A stretch of 64,000 bases of DNA from Candidatus Eiseniibacteriota bacterium. Its GTDB lineage: Bacteria; Eisenbacteria; RBG-16-71-46. Positions 17,459 through 29,130 of the stretch are shown here, piece after piece. The notes below the pieces were generated by a model. The model was not told where the DNA came from and did no database searches. It saw only the letters and a list, made by a program, of their open reading frames with translations. A program made the position numbers and the translations under genes. The DNA is taken from NCBI GenBank assembly GCA_963717505.1, contig OY970342.1:256001-320000 (forward strand), written 5' to 3'. The number at the start of each line of letters is the position of its first letter. The stretch's first letter is position 1.

Positions 17459-20245
17459 TTATCGAATTCTCACCACCGCCCGAACCCAATCCCGGCCCTC
17501 GGCGGACAACCGGACAAAGTAGACGCCAGCCGCCACGCCCTTGCCGTCGCTGCGCCGGCCGTCCCAACGCAGGCTCTGTGGCCCGGCTTCGAGCCACAAA
17601 CCCTTCGCGACCGCCCGGACCTCGCGGCCGAGCACGTCGTGGATCGAAAGGCTTACCGCGCCGGGCTCTGCGAGGACGAACTGGACCTCGGTTGCCTGAC
17701 GGAACGGGTTCGGTCCGACCGAGCGCAGACCTGAACCGACCGGCAACGGATCGACCCCGACCAGGGCCGGCGTCGATGCCGGGTCGCCCGGATCGCTGCC
17801 GCCCGCGACCTCGTCGGCATCGAGGAAGGTGTCACGATCGCGGTCGATGCCCATACGCGTTCCGGTGCCTGGCGGAATCGCCGTGAACGTCACTTCGCTG
17901 CCCGGTCCGGCGAGCGCCAGGATCTCCGCAGTCGAGAAGCTGATGCCGGCGGCGCGATCGGGCCGCCATTGATCGCCACCAAGATAGAGCCAGCCGCGCG
18001 GCGTTCCGGCTATTCGGCCCTTGGCGATCAGATCACAGCTCGCCGATTGCCCTTTCAACGTATCGAGCAGCGCCGCGGTCGCCGGCGTGCCACTCGGACT
18101 GTCGAACGACACCTGCCGGCCGACCGCGGTGGCCAGCCCGGATCCCATCGAAAGCAGGAACGCCTCGAAGTCGCGGCGCTTGTTGGTGGCGATGGTGCCG
18201 AGCCCGATCGTGAAGATCGGGCTCTCCAGGAACTTCTCGATGCTGGCGAAGCCGCCGTCGTGCGAGAAGCCGAACCCGCGCTTGCTGACTGCGCCGGGCT
18301 CCCGGGACATGCCGACCTTACGATACAGGACCCGCAGCGTCGCGGTCTTGACGTCCTGGTCGCCGAATGTGTTGCCGCTTACAAGGACACCGCTGGTCAG
18401 CGCCGGTCCCTGGTGGCAGGTGTTGCACCGGGTGACGTTGCTCCGGTCGAACACCTTGGCGTTGAGGAACAGAAATTCTCCTCGCTTTGCGCTCGGCTGG
18501 CCGACGGGCGCGTCCCTCAGTGTTCCGTCGAGGTAGCGATTCGGATTCGGCGGATGGGACAACGGCAGCACGAAGCTGCTGAAGGCTGCCAGTTCGGTGT
18601 CGGGCAGCATGGACGTCCGTCCCAGGAGATCGCGGAACGTCTGATTGAACTCGGTGAGGTTGGTGCGATCCGCTCGCCAGTGCATTCGGCCGGCACCCGG
18701 TAGCCCGCGCAGCGTCTGGGTCACCATCGGCCCCTTCATCGGATCGAAACCTTCTCCAGGAAAGGGCGTGCCCGGGGGCACATGGGAGACGACCCCATTC
18801 GGCTCACCCAGATCCCAGGCCAGCGCGTCGAAGTCGCCGAACACGTGACAGCTCGCGCACGCCTGGTCGCCGTGCCCGGAAGTGAAGCCGCCATAGAAGA
18901 ATCGCCGGCCGTTCACGATCGCATCCGGTGTCGGGTCGAAGCCGATCGAGGCGACGGCGACCGGCGCCAGGCTGGTGGCCGAGTGGGTCTGGAGCTGGTT
19001 GCGGAAGCGCCCGACGACGTAGATGCGGTCTCTGGCCTGATCGACGACCACGCCGGTCGGTCCGGCCACGGTCGGAACTCGGGCGACCACTCCCGCTCCG
19101 TCGGGGTCCACCACAGCGACGCGGTTGCTGGCCAGCGAGGTCAGGTAGAGACGCTGGCCGTCCGGCGCAAACGCGATGCCGGTCGGAACGCCGAGCGACG
19201 AATCGCGTTCCGAGGCGGGTCCGGGCGTGACCGCGTAGTTGATGTGCGGGTTCAGGTTGATCAGCGACTTGGACCCGGCGGCGGTCACTAGGCCGAGCCG
19301 CGTGTCGACCGTGCGGCCCCGCAGTCGATTCTGGAAGCGCAGCAGATTGAGGGCCTCGGTTGCCGCGACCGCGATGCGGCCATCGAGCGGGCTCACGGCC
19401 ACCGCGAAGTTGACCGTGCCCAGGTCGCCGAACGTTCGCGTCACGCTGGCGGACGCGGTGGAGATCTCGGCGACGTCGACCTCGTGCATCGAGAAGGGCA
19501 TCTGGGCGGACCAGTCGTTTCCGTACATGTCACGCCACTGCGAGCCCTGCTGCTGGACGATCAGCGCGACATTCGGCGGGTCGGCCGGCAGCGACGGACT
19601 GCGCGGGAACTGGGGATCGATCGGCATGCTGCCCTCCGGGATGGCATCGAAGGGCACGGTCGACGTGCGGTTCCCGGCGGTGAGTACGGCCGCGTAGACG
19701 TTCGCCCCGTCGGCGCTCCGCGCCAGCGCCCGCGGCAGCCGGCCGTTGATCGGGACCACGGCGACCGGCGCACCGAGGCTCGCCGGGTCGTAGACTTTCA
19801 CCGCGTCTTCCTGAGACACGCTGACGTAGGCGCGGACCGGCGACCCTGCGAACACGACATCGGCTGGCTCATCACCGACCCACAGGGTGGCGCGCACGTG
19901 CCGCGCGTCGAGGTCCACGACGCTCACGTCGTCGGACAAGTGATTCACCACCCACGCCGTGTGATCGTCGAGGCACGCGACCGAGATCGGCTCGAGGCCG
20001 ACCGGAATCTCGGCTACTCGCGCAGGAGCCTCGCCGGTCAGGTCGAAGACCGAGAGGCGCCCGTCAGCGGTGTTGACGACCAGCAATCGCTGGCCGTCGG
20101 GAGTCAGCGTGGCCGGCCGAACGTGACCGCTCTCGAAGTGGACGAAATCGGGGACACCGACGGCACTCGAAGGGATGTGGCTCGGCGCGAGCATGAAGAC
20201 GACGCTGGCAAGCGTGAGGACCAGGAACCCGAGCAAGCGGCGCAT
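17459..20245 (-). CDS. Exported YVTN/YncE beta-propeller plus diheme c-type cytochrome domain, with CTD
   Basis: Signal peptide; IPVGLEP and VGDEP repeats; CASCH and CNTCH heme motifs; DRDRDTFLD Ca loop; GPNPF...GVYFVRL CTD. Confidence 0.82.
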   Translation of the reverse strand: MRRLLGFLVLTLASVVFMLAPSHIPSSAVGVPDFVHFESGHVRPATLTPDGQRLLVVNTADGRLSVFDLTGEAPARVAEIPVGLEPISVACLDDHTAWVVNHLSDDVSVVDLDARHVRATLWVGDEPADVVFAGSPVRAYVSVSQEDAVKVYDPASLGAPVAVVPINGRLPRALARSADGANVYAAVLTAGNRTSTVPFDAIPEGSMPIDPQFPRSPSLPADPPNVALIVQQQGSQWRDMYGNDWSAQMPFSMHEVDVAEISTASASVTRTFGDLGTVNFAVAVSPLDGRIAVAATEALNLLRFQNRLRGRTVDTRLGLVTAAGSKSLINLNPHINYAVTPGPASERDSSLGVPTGIAFAPDGQRLYLTSLASNRVAVVDPDGAGVVARVPTVAGPTGVVVDQARDRIYVVGRFRNQLQTHSATSLAPVAVASIGFDPTPDAIVNGRRFFYGGFTSGHGDQACASCHVFGDFDALAWDLGEPNGVVSHVPPGTPFPGEGFDPMKGPMVTQTLRGLPGAGRMHWRADRTNLTEFNQTFRDLLGRTSMLPDTELAAFSSFVLPLSHPPNPNRYLDGTLRDAPVGQPSAKRGEFLFLNAKVFDRSNVTRCNTCHQGPALTSGVLVSGNTFGDQDVKTATLRVLYRKVGMSREPGAVSKRGFGFSHDGGFASIEKFLESPIFTIGLGTIATNKRRDFEAFLLSMGSGLATAVGRQVSFDSPSGTPATAALLDTLKGQSASCDLIAKGRIAGTPRGWLYLGGDQWRPDRAAGISFSTAEILALAGPGSEVTFTAIPPGTGTRMGIDRDRDTFLDADEVAGGSDPGDPASTPALVGVDPLPVGSGLRSVGPNPFRQATEVQFVLAEPGAVSLSIHDVLGREVRAVAKGLWLEAGPQSLRWDGRRSDGKGVAAGVYFVRLSAEGRDWVRAVVRIR

Positions 20246-20371
20246 GGCTTCCTCTGTGCGGGGCCGGAAACCCGTGGGCGGCAGCGCCCCGAGGTTGCCC
20301 ACGGGATCCGCACGTCGGCCGGCAGAACTCGGTGGGGGGTTCGAGGTCAGCTCGGTCTGCAGACCGGCGAA

Positions 20372-20399
20372 AGACTAGCACCAAGACTGCACCCGTCAA
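20372..20399 (-). promoter_or_regulatory. Candidate sigma70 promoter for the diheme propeller gene
   Basis: TTGACG-N16-TAGTCT with an extended -10 TG. Confidence 0.5.
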
Positions 20400-20429
20400 T
20401 GGGAGATCGAGTCTCTCGCTCGATCGAAG

Positions 20430-21824
20430 CTAGGAGGCCGGCTCGCCTGCGCCCAACACCGCGGCGCCTGCGGGCGCGGTCGCCGGCGTGAACGCCAGGC
20501 GTTGCTTCAACACCACCCGTAGCATGCTCAAGCTCAGGATCATCTGGATGGTCACCGACGTCACCGCCAGGTACCACATCCAGCTCAGCTTGAAGCCCGG
20601 CAGCCGCGAGAGCAGGACCGCCGGCACCACTGCGATCGCGATCCGCACGGCTGACGCGATCAGGGACGGCATCGTGTTTCCGACTGCCTGGAACATGCTC
20701 GAGGCGACGAACACCACGCCCGCGGCGACGAAGTTCCACGACACGATGCGCAGGTACTCGTCGCCGACCGCCAGCACTTCGGGATCACTCGAGAAAACCG
20801 CGATCAGCGCCTTGGGCGCGATGTGGCAGAGCAGCGCGAAGATCGCCATCACCACGACCGCGAGGGTGATCGCCACGCGAAACGTGGCGCGCACGCGATC
20901 GGGGTGGCGGGCGCCGAAGTTCTGGCCGGCGACCGGCGCCACGGAGAATCCCAGCGCGATCACCGGCATGAACCCGGCCTGCATGACGCGCATGCCGATG
21001 CCGAAGCCCGCCTGCGCAGCGGCGCCGAAGGGCCGGCTGAGCGCGTAGACCACGAACAGGTACACCGACATCAGCCCGAACTCGGCGCCGGCGGGCAGGC
21101 CGACCTTGAGCATGTCGCCCCACAGCTCGAGCTTCGGCTTCCAGTCCCTGGATACGAACTTGAGGTACGACTTGGCCGGGATGAAGTAGTTGATCAACCA
21201 CAGCGTGGCGACCAGGACCGAGATCAGCGTGGCGATCGCGGCACCCGCGACTCCGAGCGGCCGGTTCGTGAACCAGCCGAAGATCAGGATCGGCGCCAGG
21301 ATGATGTTGAGGATGACGGTCACCGCCTGGACCACCATGCCGGGGATGAAGTTCCCGGTGCCACGCAGGGCCGAGCCCATCGTCACGATGCCGAACTGTA
21401 GCGCCATCGCCGGAATGAACCAGCGCAGGTAGTCCATGGCGAGACCAGCCGTGACTGCATCGGCTGACAGACTGTTGGCGTAGAAGCCCTGGGCCAGGAA
21501 CGCCAGCACCAGGAATGCGGCCGCCACCAGAGTCGTCAGCACCAGCGACTGGTTGAACACCAGCAGTGCGCGTTCATGATCCTTCCGGCCGACAGCGTGC
21601 GAGATCAGCGTGGTCGTGCCGACCCCCAGAACCTGCGAGACCGAGAACACCAGGAACATGATGTTCCCCGCCACGCCGACCGCGGCCACCGCCTCCTTGC
21701 CGAGCCGCCCGACCCAGAACAGGTCGACCAGGAAGTACAGCGTCTGAAAGACCATGAAGACCAGCATCATGCTCATGGTCTGGAGCAGGTGGCGGGTAAC
21801 GGAGCCGGTGGTCAGGTCGCGCAT
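20430..21824 (-). CDS. MATE-family efflux transporter
   Basis: DLTTGSV, VDLFWVGRLG, LRGTGN and AGQNFGA motifs; about 12 TM segments. Confidence 0.93.
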   Translation of the reverse strand: MRDLTTGSVTRHLLQTMSMMLVFMVFQTLYFLVDLFWVGRLGKEAVAAVGVAGNIMFLVFSVSQVLGVGTTTLISHAVGRKDHERALLVFNQSLVLTTLVAAAFLVLAFLAQGFYANSLSADAVTAGLAMDYLRWFIPAMALQFGIVTMGSALRGTGNFIPGMVVQAVTVILNIILAPILIFGWFTNRPLGVAGAAIATLISVLVATLWLINYFIPAKSYLKFVSRDWKPKLELWGDMLKVGLPAGAEFGLMSVYLFVVYALSRPFGAAAQAGFGIGMRVMQAGFMPVIALGFSVAPVAGQNFGARHPDRVRATFRVAITLAVVVMAIFALLCHIAPKALIAVFSSDPEVLAVGDEYLRIVSWNFVAAGVVFVASSMFQAVGNTMPSLIASAVRIAIAVVPAVLLSRLPGFKLSWMWYLAVTSVTIQMILSLSMLRVVLKQRLAFTPATAPAGAAVLGAGEPAS

Positions 21825-21949
21825 GGGTCGTACTCCGGAAGGGCGAGCAATTCGAGCGGCGGATTCTAGCGCACCGGTTCGGCTGACGCTCGGGGATCGC
21901 ACGAACGTGGCGAATGGTAGCCCGGTCGCGCAGTGTGTAGTCTGGCGCG

Positions 21950-22657
21950 ATGCGCACAACGAGAGCCGTCACCATTTGCTTCGCCCTGATGTTGCTGAGC
22001 GCGCCAGCCCACGCCCAGGTGCTGATCGGCTACCTGCTTGGCGAGGCACTTTACACGCCAGACTTCAACATCGGCTTCGAGGTCGGCGCCAACTTCTCGA
22101 ACGTCGACGGATTCTTCGACGATCCGGACCGCATGAATCGGACGGTGTTCGGCCTGTTCGCCGATTGGCGATTCTCGGAGCACTTCCACTTAGGCGGCGC
22201 GGTGTTGCCGATTGCCGGCCGCGGCGCCGAAGGGCTCGCTCCGGTGCAAACCGGCGACCCGGACTTCGACGGCCAGACCGCCGGCGGCGCCATGACCCGC
22301 AGCCTGAACTATCTGGAAATCCCCGTGCTGCTGAAATGGGCGCCCAACCGCAAGGAAGGATTCCGCATCGGGGCGGGACCGTCGTTCGGCATCGTGACCG
22401 GGGCCACCGATCGCTACGACGCGATCTCTCCTGCCGGCACGCACTACACGCTCGAGCGTGACATTGGTGACCAGCTACCCGGACTCGACTTCGGTGTCTC
22501 GTTCGACGTCGAGTGGCGCCTCGAGTTCCTCTCGATCGCGGCTCGCTATACGCATGGGCTCACCGACATGAGCCACGACGGGTCGACCGACGAGATCCAC
22601 ACCCACGTCCTGACCGGGACCGGGCGGATCTACCTGGGCAGGAAGCCGGGTTCCTGA
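21950..22657 (+). CDS. Outer-membrane beta-barrel (porin family / PorT-like)
   Basis: Signal peptide AHA|Q; LNYLEIPVLLK, IGAGPSFG and ARYTHGLTD motifs. Confidence 0.75.
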   Translation: MRTTRAVTICFALMLLSAPAHAQVLIGYLLGEALYTPDFNIGFEVGANFSNVDGFFDDPDRMNRTVFGLFADWRFSEHFHLGGAVLPIAGRGAEGLAPVQTGDPDFDGQTAGGAMTRSLNYLEIPVLLKWAPNRKEGFRIGAGPSFGIVTGATDRYDAISPAGTHYTLERDIGDQLPGLDFGVSFDVEWRLEFLSIAARYTHGLTDMSHDGSTDEIHTHVLTGTGRIYLGRKPGS

Positions 22658-22700
22658 AAGGCGTTCGCCGGCCGAGTGGTGGCGAGGCGCGGCCCCCGAT

Positions 22701-23831
22701 CTACAGCCCGAAGCGGTATTGCGCGCCCGCGATCAGGTGGGTTCGCGAGGTGATAAAGCCCACCTCGAGCCGGAACATCCAGCTCTTGTTGAGCTGATAC
22801 TGGCCGCCCACGGTGAAGTTCCACATGTCCGCGGGGCGCTTGTCGAGCGAGTACTGGACCGTCGCGTTCGCGGCGTTGCTCACCGCCTGGTCCGCTGATT
22901 CCAGGAGCCCGCCGGCGCGATCGAGCGCCGCCTTCGTTCCTTCGTATCGCGCGCGATTGGCGGGATCGGCCTGCTGCGCCGGCGTCAGGCTGTTCCACCA
23001 GGCCTCGTTCTCCTGGCTTCGCCGGGCGACTTCTTGTTTCGCCTGATCGACGGTGCCCTGCCATTGGTCGATCGGCAGAGCGTCGCCCAGCGGGATCGAC
23101 CCGCTGGTGCCGGTGTTGAGCGCTACGCGGAATCCACCAACCCAGACGTTGATGTTCTCGTCAGCCCTCCGGAGCCTGAAGGCCTTGCCCACGCGCGGGT
23201 CGAACACGAAGGCCGAGGCCGGCTCGTTGAGCTGCGGAATGTCGGTCCAGGTGAAATTCATGTCGAGGGCCATCCAGCCGCCTCCCACGCCGAGCGTCGG
23301 CGTCAGCCCGAAGCCCATGGTAGTGGCGGTGAAGTCGACCGTGCTGCCCAACGAGATCAACTTTTGTTCGTTGCCGGCGGAATCGGGAAGCCAGAGGCTG
23401 TAGCCGACGTTGGTGGAGGCTTTCGACACGCCGAAGATGGCGTAGAGGTTCAGGAACGGGAACAGCCAGATGTCCGGCCGCAAGGACGCCCCGTCGCTGA
23501 TGGCTTCCGCCTTGTCGAAGCGAACGATGCCGTCCAGGTCGTACGTCGGGCCGTTGTTGAACCCCACCATCAGGTTGTCGATTGTGATGTCCGAGCGCTG
23601 GCCGTAGTACTGAACGCTCAGCCCCGCGGGGTACGGAATGTTGTACCCGCGCTTGACCGCCTTGGCGCCCCAGATGGGAAGCGCGTACGGATATTCGGTG
23701 GTCTTGAGGCTGTCGACCAGCGCCTGGTTCTTCTGGCCGACCTCTTTGTTGGAGAACACCTGGGCATGAACAACCGTGGCAACGGCCATGAACGCCATCA
23801 GCAGGAACGCGCTCAGGTACCTTTGCGTCAT
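22701..23831 (-). CDS. Putative outer-membrane beta-barrel protein with a helical insertion
   Basis: Signal peptide MTQRYLSAFLLM...VHA|Q; DIWLFPFLNLYAIFG; ends GAQYRFGL. Its fusion to M13 in the ORF track is a frameshift artefact. Confidence 0.7.
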   Translation of the reverse strand: MTQRYLSAFLLMAFMAVATVVHAQVFSNKEVGQKNQALVDSLKTTEYPYALPIWGAKAVKRGYNIPYPAGLSVQYYGQRSDITIDNLMVGFNNGPTYDLDGIVRFDKAEAISDGASLRPDIWLFPFLNLYAIFGVSKASTNVGYSLWLPDSAGNEQKLISLGSTVDFTATTMGFGLTPTLGVGGGWMALDMNFTWTDIPQLNEPASAFVFDPRVGKAFRLRRADENINVWVGGFRVALNTGTSGSIPLGDALPIDQWQGTVDQAKQEVARRSQENEAWWNSLTPAQQADPANRARYEGTKAALDRAGGLLESADQAVSNAANATVQYSLDKRPADMWNFTVGGQYQLNKSWMFRLEVGFITSRTHLIAGAQYRFGL

Positions 23832-23863
23832 CGCAGTCCTCACGGTCGGACGAACGTCGTCGC

Positions 23864-25952
23864 CTACCAGATACGAACCCGCTGATCGGGCGGCAGGTAG
23901 AGCTTCGACGTCGTATTCACGCCGAACGCGTCGTACCACTCGTCCATGTTGCGCACCGTGCCGTTGGCCCGGAACTCGCCCGGCGAGTGGTTGTCCGACA
24001 CCACCTGCTGGCGGAGCGCCTCTTCGCGGAAGAGCGAGCGCCAGATCTGACCGAAGCCGAGGAAGAATCGCTGCGAGCTGGTGAACCCGTCGATCGCCGG
24101 CGGCTCCTTGCCGGCCAGCGAGATCTTGTAGGCCTCGAGCGCGACGTTCAAGCCACCGAGATCGCCGATGTTCTCGCCCAGCGTCAGACTTGCCGTTGAC
24201 GAACAGGCCCGGCAGCGCCTCGAACTTCGAGTACTGGTCCGACAGCTTGCCCGTGAGTTCCTTGAAGCGCTTCTCATCCTCTTCGACCCACCACTTGCGC
24301 AGCACACCCTTCTCGTCGGACTTGGAGCCCTGGTCGTCGAAGCCATGGCCCATCTCGTGGCCGATGACCGCGCCGATGCCACCGTAGTTGACTGCGGGAT
24401 CCGCGTTCAGATCGAAGAACGGCGGCTGCAGGATGGCGGCCGGGAACACGATCTCGTTCCAGGTCGAGTTGTAGTAGGCATTCACCGTCTGCGGCGCCAT
24501 GCCCCAATCGTTGCGGTCGGCACCCTTGACGAGCCGAGCGATGTCGCGCGCCCGCTGGAACGCATTTTCGCTCTGCCGATTGCCGAACGCGTCGCCGGCC
24601 TTGATCTCGAGCGTCGAGTAGTCGCGCCACTGGTCCGGGTAGCCGATCTTGACGTTGATGGTCTCGAGCTTGCGCAGCGCGGCTTTCTTGGTTTCTTCGG
24701 TCATCCACGGCAGCTTGGTGATGCGCGCCTTGTAGGCGGCGCGCAGATTTTCGACCAGCTTGGCCATCTCGGCCTTGGCTTCGCGGCGAGAACGTGCGCT
24801 TGACGTACAGCTCGCCCGTCGCCTCGCCCATCGCGGCGTTGAACGGCGTGCCGCTCATGGTCGCGACCGCGCGTTTCCAGCGCTCACGCTGCATCGGCGG
24901 CCGGTGAGCGCCTTGCCGTTGAAGTCGAATGCCGAGTCGTCGATACGCCTTCGGCAGCACGTCGGAGTTGGCGTTCAGGTAGTGGAAGGTCAGGTAGGCA
25001 CGCCAGGTCGCCACCGGTGTGGCGCGGTAGAGCTTGGCCAGCGACTGCACCGCGTCCAGCTGGGCGACGATGAACTCGTCTGTGCGCCGGCGCGCCGAAC
25101 GCGGTGAGACGCGCCTCCCACGGGAACTCGGGCGCGAACGCCAGCAGCTCCGTCCGATTCTTCGGGTTGTAGGTCAGATCGCGGTCGCGCGACTTCTCGC
25201 GCGGCCAGTGGATCACGGCGATACTCTTCTCGACAGCCACGATCGAGTCCGCGTTGGCCGCTGCCTGAGCGTCGCCTGCGAGCTTGAGCATGCTCTCGAC
25301 GTACGTGCGGTACTTGGCGCGCGCGTCGGCGAACTTCGCATCGTCCTTCAGGTAGTAGTCGCGGTCCGGCATGCCCAGGCCGCCCTGACCGATCGCGACG
25401 ATGTAGACATCCGGTCGCTTGGCGTCGAGCGTCACGCCCATGCCGATCGGCAGGTTCGCGCGGAACGACGCGCCGCCCGACAGCTTGGCGATGTCCTCGT
25501 GCGTCTTGGCCGCCGCGATCGCCGCCAGGTCCGCTTTGGCCGGTTCGATGCCGCGCTTTTCGATGGCCGCTGTGTCCATGTAGCTGACGTAGTAGTCGAC
25601 CGCCTTACGACTCGCTGAGCCCTCAGCCGGCTTGGCCTTGGCGGCCTCGTCCAGGGCCGCGCGAACGTCGTCCTCGGACTTGGCTCCGAGAATGCTGAAC
25701 GCAGCCCCAGCGCGCGCGGTCGGCCGGGATTTCCGTGGTCTTCATCCAGGTGCCGCCGGCGTAGCGGAAGAAGTCGTCGCCGGGCTGGATGGACTTGTCC
25801 ATAGCGGTCAGCTCGACGCCCCAGGTTCCGAGCACGGCTTTGCCGGTTTTGGCCTGCGCGGCCATGTGAAGACCGGTGACTGAGCCCACGATCAAAGCGA
25901 AGACTACAGCGACGCCGCACAGCAAGGTGCGATGACCATGAGATAGCGACAT
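23864..25952 (-). pseudogene. M13 (neprilysin/PepO-like) zinc metallopeptidase broken by at least 5 frameshifts (assembly error or true pseudogene)
   Basis: PGDDFFRYAGGTW, LGMPDRDYY, VNAYYN, IGHEMGHGFD, ENIGDLGG and HSPGEFR lie in successive different frames. Confidence 0.85.
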
Positions 25953-25983
25953 TGCTGATTCCCTTTCATGTGGGTGAAGGTCC

Positions 25984-27579
<1,596 letters not shown>

Positions 27580-27832
27580 GGCTTCCTCCTGAGGGTCGGG
27601 GCACGAGCAGCGCTCGGCGCGGGCAACCGCGTGGGGTGCGTGTTTGCGGGCAGTCTATCCGATGCCGCTTGGGCGAGGGAATCGCCGTGGCGCAGGCCAC
27701 GGCAGCGAGCGCCGCGCTGGCGTTCCCGGGGGTCGGCTCGTATTCTGGCCGGCGTGCGATCCCGCCGACGTTCGGGACTCGGGCGTCGCCGGACATGGGA
27801 GGTCTAGCCGTACCCATCAGGGAGGAACTGTC

Positions 27833-28258
27833 ATGAAGCGTTGCTTGAGATTCACCGTTGTGCTGGCCATTGCCGCTCTCGCCTTTGCCCCCGCCACGGG
27901 CTGCAAGGAATCCGCCACGCTGATCGAGAACGTGGGCGGCACGAACATGCTCTCGAAGTACAACGACGCGCTGGCCGCAAATCTGGCGGCCAATGCCGCG
28001 ACCAGCAAGTTCCTCGATGCCGCCGCGATCGACATGGTCAAGCGGGGCGTCACCACCGAGGTTGGGAAGTACAGCAACGTGCCGCTGCCGACCGATGGTG
28101 TGGACCTCGCGGCCGTGCTCAAGGAAAAGAACATGGACAAGGAAGGCGTCCAGGGATTCAAGGACAGCGCCGAGAAGGCCTGCAAGGACGTAGCACTGTC
28201 GCCCGATGCAACCAAGGGCATGATGGCCATGTTCAATGGGGTGCTCAAGAGTCTGTAG
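27833..28258 (+). CDS. Probable lipoprotein with group-1 truncated-globin-like spacing but no proximal His
   Basis: RBS GGAGG; signal peptide ending ATGC; TLIENVGG...GVDLAAVL aligns by eye to SLYERLGG...GRDMxxAH. Confidence 0.55.
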   Translation: MKRCLRFTVVLAIAALAFAPATGCKESATLIENVGGTNMLSKYNDALAANLAANAATSKFLDAAAIDMVKRGVTTEVGKYSNVPLPTDGVDLAAVLKEKNMDKEGVQGFKDSAEKACKDVALSPDATKGMMAMFNGVLKSL

Positions 28259-28337
28259 CAACGCGTAGCACTGCGCTGTACACCGGACGCCCGCCCACGA
28301 CGTTGGGCGGGCGACACCGGCCGCCTCGAGGTAAGCC

Positions 28338-29117
28338 ATGGCCCTCCACTCCAAGTTCCTCCGTTCCCTGCTCGCCGCTCTGCACCTGGTCGGGATCATC
28401 GCGTGCGTGCTCCCGCTGCCGGCGCAGGCGTCACCCGAAGAGGACATGGACAAGCTGATGGCGCCGATCGCGCTCTACCCGGACGCCTTGCTGGCGCAAA
28501 CCCTGACGGCAGCTACCAGTCCCGAGCAGGTCACCGAGTTCCACAAGTGGCTGGGAGAGCAGACGGCGACCGGCAGCGACCTGCAGCAGGCGGCGCAGGA
28601 CGCCAAGTTCGACGCAGCATTCGCTTCGCTCGCCGTGTTCCCCGACGTCATCAAATTGCTCGCGGAGAACATGGACTGGACCAAGGCGATCGGCGCTTCG
28701 TACCAGAGCGACAAGAAGGCTGTCGAGGCGTCGATCCAGCGCCTGCGCGCGCAGGCGAAGCAGCAAGGCAACCTGGAGACCAACGAGCAACAGAGCGTCA
28801 AGGTCGAGACCGAAGGCAGCACGCAGGTGATCATCATCGAGCCCGCGAATCCGCAGGTGGTCTACGTGCCGGTGTACGATCCGGCCAAGCGCGACCGCGA
28901 GGTGATGACCGCGGCGATGATCGAGCGCTGGTGGCTCGTGATGAAGGGCGGCTTCGCGATGCTGGCGTGGCCCGCGGAATACGGCCAGAGCGGCGTGATG
29001 ACGTTCATGGTCGGTCCGGACGGTGTGCTGCTGCAAAAGGACATCGGTGAAGCAACCGCCACCGCTCCCGAGGCGATCACGGCGTTCGATCCCGACAGCA
29101 CATGGAGCACGCCCTAG
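28338..29117 (+). CDS. Chimeric protein: DUF3300 N-terminal part fused to the DUF2950 C-terminus
   Basis: LMAPIALYPDALLAQ...IEPANPQVVYVPVYDP, then GGFAMLAWPAEYGQSGVMTFMVGPDGVLLQKDIG. Confidence 0.75.
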   Translation: MALHSKFLRSLLAALHLVGIIACVLPLPAQASPEEDMDKLMAPIALYPDALLAQTLTAATSPEQVTEFHKWLGEQTATGSDLQQAAQDAKFDAAFASLAVFPDVIKLLAENMDWTKAIGASYQSDKKAVEASIQRLRAQAKQQGNLETNEQQSVKVETEGSTQVIIIEPANPQVVYVPVYDPAKRDREVMTAAMIERWWLVMKGGFAMLAWPAEYGQSGVMTFMVGPDGVLLQKDIGEATATAPEAITAFDPDSTWSTP

Positions 29118-29130
29118 GGCGAACGGGGTT

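Noticed and set aside
20246-20370. Structured 5' leader of the diheme gene
   Set aside because: GC-rich hairpins are present, but I could not match them to any known riboswitch motif.
22701-24767. Apparent M13 peptidase-beta-barrel fusion (688 aa)
   Set aside because: Artefact of the frameshift near 24190. The M13 C-terminus ends at 23864 and the barrel has its own start and signal peptide at 23831.
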